A DNA stretch of 64,000 nucleotides from Lachnospiraceae bacterium (GTDB lineage Bacteria > Bacillota > Clostridia > Lachnospirales > Lachnospiraceae). The notes under the pieces are model-generated. The model was not told the origin of the DNA. It did not search any database and saw only the letters and a list, made by a program, of their open reading frames with translations. Shown in pieces: positions 9,613-18,437 of the stretch. Position numbers and translations under genes: made by a program. Each line of letters begins with the position of its first letter. The stretch's first letter is position 1. Location: contig JAEELW010000148.1 in the NCBI GenBank assembly GCA_016282915.1, positions 61 through 64,060 on the forward strand. Reading direction: 5' to 3'.

Positions 9613-10092
9613 CTACATAAGCAATATTATGATAACCAATGCTATGACACACAATCCAAGAACACCAATCAAGAGGATAGATAGAAGCGCTGTGTTTTTT
9701 TCTTCAACTATTTCTTTTTGAAATTTCAACTCTTCCTTTCCTAGGAATCGTCTTGTCTTTTCCTTCTCAAGTAGGACGTCTTTAACGACAGATAGGTCTA
9801 TCGTTAACGGAGAAGCACAATAAGGACAGTAACTAGCAAGGTTGTCGAAGTCGAGTTTTATGTTTCCGTTGCAGTTTGGACATTTGATTTGTTGAATAAT
9901 AGGTGTAGAACTAATACCTTGGGGCTTATTGTGGTTCTTTTCGTCTACTAAAATGTTGATTGCTCTATTTCCTTTTTGAAAATATCCCAAATCATATTTA
10001 ACGGTCATTCCTACGTAGGGGATAACATTTTTTTGCAAAAAAGAGTCGGTATAGAAATAAAATTCCCCCACCCTTTCCTGTAATAAAGCCAC
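9613..10092 (-). CDS. Zinc-ribbon protein with C-terminal TM anchor
   Basis: CPNC...CPYC (CxxC-x16-CxxC) and the terminal hydrophobic helix LLSILLIGVLGLCVIALVIIILL. Confidence 0.6.
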   Translation of the reverse strand: MALLQERVGEFYFYTDSFLQKNVIPYVGMTVKYDLGYFQKGNRAINILVDEKNHNKPQGISSTPIIQQIKCPNCNGNIKLDFDNLASYCPYCASPLTIDLSVVKDVLLEKEKTRRFLGKEELKFQKEIVEEKNTALLSILLIGVLGLCVIALVIIILLM

Positions 10093-10820
10093 TTCTTTTT
10101 TCTGGATTATATTTTGTAATGATTCCTGTCATAATATCATCGTTTGACGTTAATCATTTTTATCAGTTCGTTCTTTTTTCTTTCTTTTTCTTACTGATTT
10201 AAGAAGTGAAACGCAATCTTCTAATTCCATTCCCGCATCTAATGATTTGGCAATGGCAAAAAGAAGTTTTTTAACATTCGGGTCTCTACATGATGCCGCA
10301 TCTCTTTTGATGATCTCTGCGGTATTAATGTCATCATTATATGTATGTAAAACGGATTTGTCAATTTGCCCGAGAATGAAAGAAATTGAAAGAATTTGAT
10401 TGAATTTGATAGCCAGGAGGGGGGAATATGGCTGTAAAAAAAGACAACGCAAGTCGATGGAAAAACGATACCAAAGCAGTATCCGTAGAACAAAGGTCAC
10501 AGAACTATGCCCGTTTTGACTTGAAATCTGAAAAGGCAGGAAGCAGCATCAGTGCATACGCAAATACTGCTTAATCTATTTTGACCGTAGCGGTTATAGC
10601 AGCTTCTAGCTGTGCATCGCTCCTGCGGATGTATCTCCGTGTCGTATTGATTTGCAAGAGGTTTGTGAAGCATGCCCTTCTGCCGGGAATCCTGCACCGA
10701 TTTTGCTTTTTCCGTTTGGACAAAGTGCGTCCGGACAGCCGGTATATATGGGACTTCAATACCTTTGCACCTTGACGATCTGTATCATGATAATTCCTTG
10801 TATATCTGAATGCCTTATCG

Positions 10821-11008
10821 TATAATTGAAGCGGATTACAAAGCGCTGATACTTATACTATAGATGGAGACCGGTCATGAAAGCAGACCGGATTGAGAAC
10901 ATTCCTGATATCAGAGTTCCTGAGAAATGGCGGGATATTCATTCTGCGGGAGTGATGGAATGGATGGGACAGAGTATTCAGCAGTTTGGTAGAAAGTGCT
11001 TCGTAGAG
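10821..11008 (+). repeat. Copy A of a duplicated ~190-200 bp element (TATAAT + conserved leader + small ORF)
   Basis: Aligns with 14724-14929. The near-identical blocks are aagcggatYacaaagcgctgatacttatactRtagatgg, cattctgcgggagtgatgga and gaaagtgcttcgt. Confidence 0.8.
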
Positions 11009-11032
11009 CACGTTTGGATTGCATTGGTGTAA
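10877..11032 (+). CDS. Small ORF (51 aa) inside repeat copy A
   Basis: ATG preceded by GGAGA at 7-nt spacing. It encodes MKADRIENIPDIRVPEKWRDIHSAGVMEWMGQSIQQFGRKCFVEHVWIALV. It is below the ORF-track cutoff, and the second copy is disrupted. Confidence 0.35.
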   Translation: MKADRIENIPDIRVPEKWRDIHSAGVMEWMGQSIQQFGRKCFVEHVWIALV

Positions 11033-11073
11033 GATATTGGAATAGGCACGATCGGAAAGTATAAGCGGGAAAG

Positions 11074-11370
11074 ATGAAAGAGTATCCGCAGGCATTACCG
11101 GCAGGAAGTGTATTAGCAGGACAATATGTGATCGAAGCGGTGCTGGGGCAGGGCGGCTTCGGCATTACTTATGTTGTACACGATCATAAGAGCGGGCAGA
11201 AGCTTGCGATCAAGGAGTATTTTCCGGATGGTGTTGTTTTCCGTGAGAATTCCATCCATGTCACGGTTTTGGCAGGCGGGGGCCGTCAGGAAAGCTTTGA
11301 GTGGGGGAAGGAGTGTTTTCTTCGTGAAGCATGCGGAATGAAGCTACAGGGACAACGGTCTTTGCGTTAG
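11074..11370 (+). pseudogene. Truncated Ser/Thr protein kinase (N-lobe only)
   Basis: Gly-rich loop LGQGGFGITY and the VAIK-type Lys in LAIKEY. The ORF stops after 98 aa with no catalytic or activation loop in any frame downstream. Confidence 0.7.
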
Positions 11371-11458
11371 ATTCAATACCGGAGTATAATGAGCGTATGC
11401 ATATTTATGCTTCATAATATCGCAGCGAAAGTCAGTTAAGGGAAAAAGGAGGATTCAG

Positions 11459-12670
11459 ATGTTCTGTCCGAAATGTGGGGAACAGATCGATGAGGGAGCT
11501 GGACTCTGCGGGAAATGCGGAAATCCGGTTCGGGAAGCTGTAGCAGTAAAGAAGTCCGGACTGTCAAAAAAGATCCTGGTATTTTCTTTTTTGGCGTTAA
11601 TGCTGGTTCTGGCCGGCGTTGTGCTTATGGTATTTCTTTTCGGAGATAATAAAGAGCGGGAATATAATAAGCAGATGGAGCTCGCAGAAAGATATCTTGA
11701 TGAGCTGGATTATGATAAAGCAATCGAAGCGTTCTATGCGGCGATCGATATCGATCCGAGCAATTCCGAGGCTTATATAGAGCTTTCAACACTGTACGAG
11801 AAGAACGAAGATTATGACAGCGCTCTCAGGATTCTGAAGGAAGCAAAGCGGAAAACAGATGGAGAGGGTATCAGAAAGCGGATAAAGCGGGTGGAGGAAA
11901 AGCTGGAACTGCTGAACGCAGAAACGGAGGAGATAGCAGAGGTCGACGAGATGCCGATTGTTGAAGAATCAGAACCGGTGGAAGCAGAAGAAGAATCGGA
12001 AGATCAGGCGGAGCCTGAAGCACAGGAACCGGCACCCGCAGGTGGGCATGAATGGAAAGCTGCATACCGGGAACTCATCATCGAAAACTATGATGAGTGG
12101 GAGCGGTCTTTTAATGAGAACGGGGCCAGCTGGGATGATTTCAGAGGAGTGGCATTTATCTATCTGGATGATGATGATATACCGGAACTGTTAACACAAT
12201 ATGGAATAACAACGGAAACGGCATATGCAACCAGAATCTACACCTATAAGCAGGGCGGACTTTCGAAATTGACGGCAGATACCTTTGAAGTGGATAATGG
12301 TCAGATACCGAATGACTGTCTTCCGATTGAGGGTTACATGGAAAAGAGCGGTATGCTGGTAACGCATTTTATTGCCGATTTTCATTTGGAGGAGATGCTG
12401 TTTCAGCTGAATGGGGATAAGCTGGAAAAACTGGCTTATTACAAAGGTGATCCCCAATATGGAAGTGAAATTGAGACGATCGACCTTACGTATCTGATAG
12501 GGGATGGCGGTATTCAGACAGAGAATGTCCTCTATGACGAATACTATACATTTGTAAAGGATTTTTGGAAGAAAGCAGACAGTTTATATGGATACGATAA
12601 TTCAAAGCAGAATTATGTGGAAGATGCAGGCTTTATGTTTAAGGAAGATGCGCTGGAATGGCTGAGATAG
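11459..12670 (+). CDS. Zinc-ribbon / single-TM / TPR protein
   Basis: MFCPKCGEQIDEGAGLCGKCG zinc ribbon, TM helix, TPR (LDYDKAIEAFYAAIDIDPSNSEAY), acidic linker, and a ~200-aa C-terminal domain. AAAGGAGG RBS. Confidence 0.8.
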   Translation: MFCPKCGEQIDEGAGLCGKCGNPVREAVAVKKSGLSKKILVFSFLALMLVLAGVVLMVFLFGDNKEREYNKQMELAERYLDELDYDKAIEAFYAAIDIDPSNSEAYIELSTLYEKNEDYDSALRILKEAKRKTDGEGIRKRIKRVEEKLELLNAETEEIAEVDEMPIVEESEPVEAEEESEDQAEPEAQEPAPAGGHEWKAAYRELIIENYDEWERSFNENGASWDDFRGVAFIYLDDDDIPELLTQYGITTETAYATRIYTYKQGGLSKLTADTFEVDNGQIPNDCLPIEGYMEKSGMLVTHFIADFHLEEMLFQLNGDKLEKLAYYKGDPQYGSEIETIDLTYLIGDGGIQTENVLYDEYYTFVKDFWKKADSLYGYDNSKQNYVEDAGFMFKEDALEWLR

Positions 12671-12955
12671 CTTTTGAACAGAAGTATTATTGGTATGAAG
12701 CGCGGAATACAGAAACGGTGATTGAGTGTGCCTTATTACAGAGACTTATGGGAATGGGCTGACGAAAAGTGTTTTTTAGGGATAAATGTCTGAGGTGCCG
12801 GGACAGAATATAAAGAGTACAGTGAAAAAATGTGTTCATGCCATGATCGCTACGCTGCCAGCAGGATAGATAAAGGGTTTTCTCGCATCAATAATATTTC
12901 TATTAGAGTCTGAAATGCCACTAAATACGAATATGGCCAGAGCTGGAGTAAAAAA

Positions 12956-14242
12956 ATGTCTGAAGAAGAAATCACGAATATAAAAAAGAGAAACAGCTTA
13001 TTGATACCAATTGTTGTAGCAGTGATTCTCTTGACTGCTGTTATAGTGATAGTCATTGTCGTTGTCAGTTCTCCGTCAAAGGGTATTGATGACAAGCTTG
13101 CGCTGGGTGATCGCTACTTGTCAGAGATGGATTACGATAAAGCGATTGCTGCTTACAGGGAAGTATTGGATATCGATACTGAGAATGTAAATGCCTATAT
13201 TGGAATAGCAAAGGCATATGATGGTCAGGGAAAAACCGAGGATGCCCTCACTATCCTGGAGGAAGGATACACGATTGTACGGGACGAAAGACTGATATCG
13301 ATGACCGAGGAATTAAGAACTAAACTTGCTAAATCAGAGGACGTAAAAGAGGACGATAATATACCGGTAAAGAAGGAGGAATCCTCTCCGACGCCACGAC
13401 AGAAGACAGAAGCAGAAATCGAAAATGAATATGAAGATTTATTTGATTTTGCAAAAGATTTTTTATATACACAGGTATCTGGGGGACCTTTATATATCAC
13501 ATTGTCAGAACGCCAAGCATTATTCTGTCCAATGATAGAGCGCATGAAACAGTTAATATCGGATCCTGAAGTGTTTTATGAGGGTTGCAGCTGGTATCAT
13601 TATGATTCTTTTATTCCGGAAAAAGCAGTCATTGGTATCAGCCGCCAAGCCTCTCTTTTATCGGATGGAATCGGCTTATATATAAGTTTTGGAAGTGTAA
13701 GTAACATACCAACCATAGATGAATGTTATGCTCTTCTGTACTATTGGCAGATGATCGTTCATTTGGAGGATGATGCATTAAAGACAAGAGAAGAATATGC
13801 GGAATTGATTCATAAACCGGAAATGTGTGAGGAAGGGTATACTTATGATGACTTTTCAGGACATACATATGTGCTGGATAAGTATGGAAGAGAGCTGTCA
13901 TGGGATAATCATGTTGGGCTAAAATCTGAAACCTTGTGGGGGGAGGGTATTTGTTTCACTTCAAAGGTTTCTTATCAGACAGGATATGTTCCAAATGTTA
14001 ACTCTGTTGATAGTTATAATTATACATACGATGCTGAGGGGCGGATTGTAAACATGGTAGTTAAAGGAAGCGCAGACCTCATAGATTCGAATATGCATTA
14101 TGAAGACAGGGAGGAAAAGAATTATCAATACGGAACCTCGGGTATAGTAATTGTACAAGAGAAAAGCACGAACTATACGAGCACAGGAACGATATCGTTA
14201 AAACTGGATCGTTTTGGCAGGGAATTGATTGACCAGAACTAA
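12956..14242 (+). CDS. Single-TM / TPR protein (partial paralogue of 11459-12670)
   Basis: N-terminal TM helix, then MDYDKAIAAYREVLDIDTENVNAYIGIAKAY TPR similar to the neighbouring gene, followed by a distinct C-terminal domain. Confidence 0.8.
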   Translation: MSEEEITNIKKRNSLLIPIVVAVILLTAVIVIVIVVVSSPSKGIDDKLALGDRYLSEMDYDKAIAAYREVLDIDTENVNAYIGIAKAYDGQGKTEDALTILEEGYTIVRDERLISMTEELRTKLAKSEDVKEDDNIPVKKEESSPTPRQKTEAEIENEYEDLFDFAKDFLYTQVSGGPLYITLSERQALFCPMIERMKQLISDPEVFYEGCSWYHYDSFIPEKAVIGISRQASLLSDGIGLYISFGSVSNIPTIDECYALLYYWQMIVHLEDDALKTREEYAELIHKPEMCEEGYTYDDFSGHTYVLDKYGRELSWDNHVGLKSETLWGEGICFTSKVSYQTGYVPNVNSVDSYNYTYDAEGRIVNMVVKGSADLIDSNMHYEDREEKNYQYGTSGIVIVQEKSTNYTSTGTISLKLDRFGRELIDQN

Positions 14243-14279
14243 AGAGTTTTTGTATTAGCAGCAACAGGAGAAGTGTAAA

Positions 14280-14546
14280 ATGCAGGAAGAGAAAGAAGAG
14301 TATGTAGATATTCAGGAAAATGTGAAGGAGAAAACGGAAGCGCACAAAACGAGTAGTTCTGGTCCGGAACAGCCGGATGCAGATAAAAAGAGCACAGAGA
14401 GCATGGAAACCGTCGTAAGTGTTGCAAAAAAGAAGAGCCCAAATAAACGGTTTCTGATGATCATCCCGGCAATACTACTCATTATTGTCGGGGGATTTCT
14501 ACTTTATTATAATTCTCCAGAACAGAAGATAAAAATATTACGATAG
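14280..14546 (+). CDS. Small single-TM protein
   Basis: 88 aa with an acidic/Lys-rich N-terminus and one TM helix (FLMIIPAILLIIVGGFLLYY). Confidence 0.5.
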   Translation: MQEEKEEYVDIQENVKEKTEAHKTSSSGPEQPDADKKSTESMETVVSVAKKKSPNKRFLMIIPAILLIIVGGFLLYYNSPEQKIKILR

Positions 14547-14723
14547 ATCCAGGGAAGTATTCATTAATGACTCTATGAGCTATGATGAGATCATGGCTTA
14601 CCTTGAATGATTGTTGATATCCTCAATGATAGTAACGATAATGCAGAGATATTGATGGCATAATCCGAAGCGCATTACATAAAGAAATGAGGAACTTACA
14701 AATCGTTGTGTGATTTGATCTGG

Positions 14724-14929
14724 TATAATTAAAGCGGATCACAAAGCGCTGATACTTATACTGTAGATGGGCGCCGGCCCTGAAAGCGGAAGAGAAAGAA
14801 AGCATTCTTGAGTTCAGATTTCCTGAAAAATGAAAGGAGATCCATTCTGCGGGAGTGATGGATTGGATCGGAAGCAGATACTTTTGACGAGTTTCTATAA
14901 GTGATCCTGCCGGAAAGTGCTTCGTGGAG
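14724..14929 (+). repeat. Copy B of the duplicated element (decayed)
   Basis: Same TATAAT and leader as copy A. The ORF start is CTG rather than ATG, and TGA replaces TGG within the aligned frame. Confidence 0.8.
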
Positions 14930-15080
14930 TGAGATATAGATAATGATCCCTGGAAAACCCATTATCAGCTTTTAAATAGTGAATATAAAGAAAAAAAGAT
15001 GGCAGAATCGCAGAAGAACTGGCGGAAGAATACGAAAACAGGATTCTGTGGAATGCAGATATCCGGAAGGATAAATAGCA

Positions 15081-15401
15081 ATGACAGATGATCAAAGAGA
15101 ATGGATCCGAGCGCGGGATGAGCTTGTCAAGGAGATACAAGGTTTGGGATTTCCGTAGGAACTGGGAATGCAGATCGCAAAGCAGCCTGGCAGTCCGAAG
15201 GCCATGAGCAGGATGATGGGATATCTTGTAAATGTAAGACCGCGGAGCGCCGAGCTGATCGTAGATGAGATGCTTGCCATCTGCAGTGATATAGACCGGT
15301 GGAGAGAAAAGAAAGCTGTCGGGTAGGCGAATGCAAAATACAACGAACTGCTGTACTACGGGCTGCCCCCCGATGAAGAAACAGACTCCGGTCAGGGTTG
15401 A
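15081..15401 (+). pseudogene. Small ORF interrupted by two in-frame TAG codons
   Basis: MTDDQREWIRARDELVKEIQGLGFP*ELGMQIAKQPGSPKAMSRMMGYLVNVRPRSAELIVDEMLAICSDIDRWREKKAVG*ANAKYNELLYYGLPPDEETDSGQG. The TAGs are at 15156-15158 and 15324-15326, and there is no frameshift. Confidence 0.55.
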
Positions 15402-15414
15402 GGATCGGATATGC

Positions 15415-15443
15415 TTTGCAATATACGCGGTGCTGGGTTATAA
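15415..15443 (+). promoter_or_regulatory. Sigma-A-type promoter
   Basis: TTGCAA (15415-15420), 17-nt spacer, TATAAT (15438-15443), followed by a GC-rich hairpin in the 5' leader. Confidence 0.5.
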
Positions 15444-15542
15444 TGTGTGGGGCAGATCCCGCAGCCCGGCACCTTTTGTATGCGGGGCTGCTCCTGACAG
15501 GCAGTTTGCGGTATCACAGAGGATTTGGAGAAAATATCCGCT

Positions 15543-16364
15543 ATGCAGGCAGAGATCCCCGCGATAAATTGCATTACGGACAAACGGCTTGATATGGTGT
15601 CCAAGTACCTGTATCTGAAGGAATACAGCGAAAAGGGCAGCCTGAAAGCGTCTTCTTTCATCTATAAGGTATATAAAAGCCAGATCGATGCACTCACCAA
15701 CGGGACCTATACCGAGCCGAATACGCCGTCAAAGAACAGCATCGCCAGATTTACCGGCGCTTTCGAGAAGCTGTTTGACAGCATAAGGGAAAACGGTTTT
15801 CAATGCGACGGGGAGCTGCTTACCTTTGGGAAGGATCATGTCCCGGGGGACGGTGCGCACAGACTGTCGGCGGCGGCCTTTCTGGGCCTGAAGGTATCGG
15901 TCGATGAGCGGGAGGGAAACGGCGTACTCTGTGATATCCCCCTGCTGGAGAGGCAGTATATACGGCGGCAGTATATCAATTTCCTGATCGCGAATCTTTT
16001 GCGGCTCCGGGACAGCTACCGGCTGCTGCGATACGACGCCGGCGGCGGGAAAGCGGTATGCAAAAGGCTCCGCAAAGGCCCGGTGAAGAAGGATCTTGTA
16101 TATCTGACCGCACTGGGGAAGGAAGTCATCGGCGTGATCCGTGCGGAGCGGGAGATCCCGCAGGGTTTTACGGAGATCAAAGCCGGAACGGAAGAGTATG
16201 CGGAGATCCTTTCAAGACTGGAATATGCGAAAGATGGTCCGCTGACCGCCTTTCTTCGTGAATTTATGAGGGCAACGGACCGGAAGCTGTTTCGCATCAA
16301 ACCCTTTTTCAGGAAACATTTTCCGGGGATATACGGATTTTTACGGAAGAAAAAAAGAGGATAG
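15543..16364 (+). CDS. ParB/sulfiredoxin-fold (ParB-like nuclease domain) protein
   Basis: HVPGDGAHRLSAAAFLG resembles the ParB/Srx DGxHR-type motif. The start is uncertain (TTG 15525, ATG 15543 or ATG 15594). Confidence 0.6.
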   Translation: MQAEIPAINCITDKRLDMVSKYLYLKEYSEKGSLKASSFIYKVYKSQIDALTNGTYTEPNTPSKNSIARFTGAFEKLFDSIRENGFQCDGELLTFGKDHVPGDGAHRLSAAAFLGLKVSVDEREGNGVLCDIPLLERQYIRRQYINFLIANLLRLRDSYRLLRYDAGGGKAVCKRLRKGPVKKDLVYLTALGKEVIGVIRAEREIPQGFTEIKAGTEEYAEILSRLEYAKDGPLTAFLREFMRATDRKLFRIKPFFRKHFPGIYGFLRKKKRG

Positions 16365-16368
16365 AGCA

Positions 16369-17304
16369 TTGAGCAGTACGGATTTAGCCTGGATCGACTG
16401 GATCAAAAAAGAAGAAAAGGCGAGGCTTGCGATCATCTGGCCGAAGGGCTGGCCTTTTTTGCAGAACGAAGATATCTTTTCGGGCCACAGCGGCATCGTT
16501 GTGAAATACCATAAAACCATCCACATCACTTACAAAGGCCTGATCGCCCTGATGACGCAGGTGTACGAGGGCAGTCCCTGGCTGGGGACGACGGAAAACG
16601 GTTTTGCCGGTGCGAAGGCCAAGGCGACCGAATGCTGGGATAAAAACGGGACGATCGACCTCTGGCTGGTGGAAGAGAACACTCCGAAGGAACTGACCGG
16701 GTGCAAGAATGAGCTCCGCGAAAAACTGCATACGGAGAAATCGGCGCTGCATTCAACGGACAGCAGGGAGGAAACCCTGCATATGGCTCGTCTTCTCTTT
16801 AATGAAAATACCGTTCATATGCTGGTCAACGGTAATCCGCTGAAGAGCAGTTCGCTTTTCCATAAAATACAGAGCTTCCGCTCGTTACTGAAGGAGGGTG
16901 ACGAGGAACACTATGTTCTGGCGTCCAGCACAGTCATGGGTTTATACGGACTGCGGGAGATCGGGGATACCGACTATCTGAGCGATGCCGAAGAACGGGT
17001 AAAGGGTAAGGATATCGACGATAATGAAAAATATCTGAAGCTGTATCCGGCGGATAAGGAAAGCTTATTATATGATGACAGTAACTATCTCTGGTTCTGG
17101 GGGATCAAGTTCATTACTTTGGAGGTGCTTAAGGGCTTTAAGGAGAAACGGGCAAACAACCCCAAGGATAAAAAGGATATCAGGCTGATCGAAACGGTTT
17201 ATCATCCGGGACTTTCGGCCGCTCTTTTCCGCGCGGGAGAGCATCTGTACTACCTGTACCGTACCTTCCGGCACAAAGTGAAGGTACTGCTTTTGGGTAA
17301 ATAA
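16369..17304 (+). CDS. Hypothetical protein, NDK-like N-terminal region plus nucleotidyltransferase-like C-terminal region
   Basis: ARLAIIWPKG and ALHSTDSREETLHMARLLF resemble the NDK motifs (AIIKPD, HGSDS.E.A.rE). The C-terminal part has VMGLYGLREIGDTDYL. TTG start with AGAGGA RBS, 4 nt after the upstream stop. Confidence 0.55.
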   Translation: MSSTDLAWIDWIKKEEKARLAIIWPKGWPFLQNEDIFSGHSGIVVKYHKTIHITYKGLIALMTQVYEGSPWLGTTENGFAGAKAKATECWDKNGTIDLWLVEENTPKELTGCKNELREKLHTEKSALHSTDSREETLHMARLLFNENTVHMLVNGNPLKSSSLFHKIQSFRSLLKEGDEEHYVLASSTVMGLYGLREIGDTDYLSDAEERVKGKDIDDNEKYLKLYPADKESLLYDDSNYLWFWGIKFITLEVLKGFKEKRANNPKDKKDIRLIETVYHPGLSAALFRAGEHLYYLYRTFRHKVKVLLLGK

Positions 17305-17477
17305 AGACAGATTTGCAATTTAGTGTCCGCTTTGGTAAACTGGACTGGTATATCATGTGTGGCATGCCGTGGCAGGGTACAAGCTGTAGTATATCCGAGG
17401 GTCATCTGCATGGAAGATACGGCTTTCCCCGGATGAGCGGGACCGGTCATAATGGCGGGAATTTATAAGCAAAACGT

Positions 17478-18437
17478 ATGCGTAACGAAGATATAAAATA
17501 TGACGTGATCATACCGGTGTATAAGCCGGATGAGCGGCTGAAACACATCGTAAAACGGCTGTTGCGGCAGACGCTGCCGCCGCAGCGGATCGTGCTGATC
17601 AATACCGGCAGGGAATATTTCGAAAAGACTTTCGCAGGGGATGATTTCTTTGAAAGCTGTGAGAAGGTCCTGCTCCGGCATATTTCGGAAGAGCAGTTCG
17701 ATCACGGCGGGACACGGTGCCTGGGAGTTTCGTATTCGAAGGCGGACTATTTCCTGTGCATGACGGATGACGCCCTGCCGCTGGATCCTTATGTGTGCGA
17801 GCGCCTTCTGGCTCCACTGGCGGAAGGGAAGGCTCAGGTTTCCTATGCCAGGCAGCTGGCGGGACCGGAGAGCGATATTTCGGAGCGTTTTTCCAGGCGC
17901 TTCAATTATCCGGCGCAGTCCCGGATCAAGACTGCCGCCGATCTGTCCGAAATGGGGATCAAGGCTTTCTTCTGTTCTAATGTATGTGCGGCCTATCAGC
18001 GCAGTACCTATGAGGCGCTGGGCGGTTTTGAGAAGCATATGATCTTTAACGAAGACATGGTATATGCGGGGAGATTATTGGACAGTGGCGGAGCGATCGC
18101 TTATGTGGCGGAAGCGCGCGTGCTGCACAGCCATCATTACAGTGCGATGCAGCAGCTGAGGCGGAATTTCGACCTTGGTGTGAGCCAGGCACAGTTTCCC
18201 GAACTGTTTGAACGAGTATCGTCGGCCTCGGAGGGCGTGCGCCTGATCCGGGGGATGTCCGGAAAGCTGCTGCGCAGCGGACAGGCAGCAAAGATCCCCG
18301 GGATCTTTGTATATAACGGCTGTAAATTCCTTGGCTATCAGCTTGGGAAGCATTATAAGAAGATCCCGGAGAAGTGGATCATGAAACTGACAATGAACGG
18401 AAAGTATTGGAGGAAAAGACCATGTGTGGAATCGTAG
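17478..18437 (+). CDS. Glycosyltransferase family 2
   Basis: YDVIIPVYKPDERL at the N-terminus and a DxD-like MTDDALP motif. 319 aa. Confidence 0.85.
   Translation: MRNEDIKYDVIIPVYKPDERLKHIVKRLLRQTLPPQRIVLINTGREYFEKTFAGDDFFESCEKVLLRHISEEQFDHGGTRCLGVSYSKADYFLCMTDDALPLDPYVCERLLAPLAEGKAQVSYARQLAGPESDISERFSRRFNYPAQSRIKTAADLSEMGIKAFFCSNVCAAYQRSTYEALGGFEKHMIFNEDMVYAGRLLDSGGAIAYVAEARVLHSHHYSAMQQLRRNFDLGVSQAQFPELFERVSSASEGVRLIRGMSGKLLRSGQAAKIPGIFVYNGCKFLGYQLGKHYKKIPEKWIMKLTMNGKYWRKRPCVES

Noticed and set aside
10150-10800. ORFs 10150-10500 (-), 10497-10697 (-) and 10571-10759 (-), considered as possible remnants of a recombinase or other mobile-element gene next to repeat copy A.
   Set aside because: Only vague resemblance (for example ...ACFTNLLQ...) and no catalytic motifs. 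The frames are inconsistent. I cannot support any call beyond possible gene debris.
15081-15401. Genome-wide TAG reassignment or pyrrolysine as the explanation for the two in-frame TAGs.
   Set aside because: TAG terminates several clearly complete genes in the window at sensible positions (ends at 1149, 3714 and 7330). No pyl genes or suppressor tRNA are visible here. Local pseudogenisation is the simpler reading.
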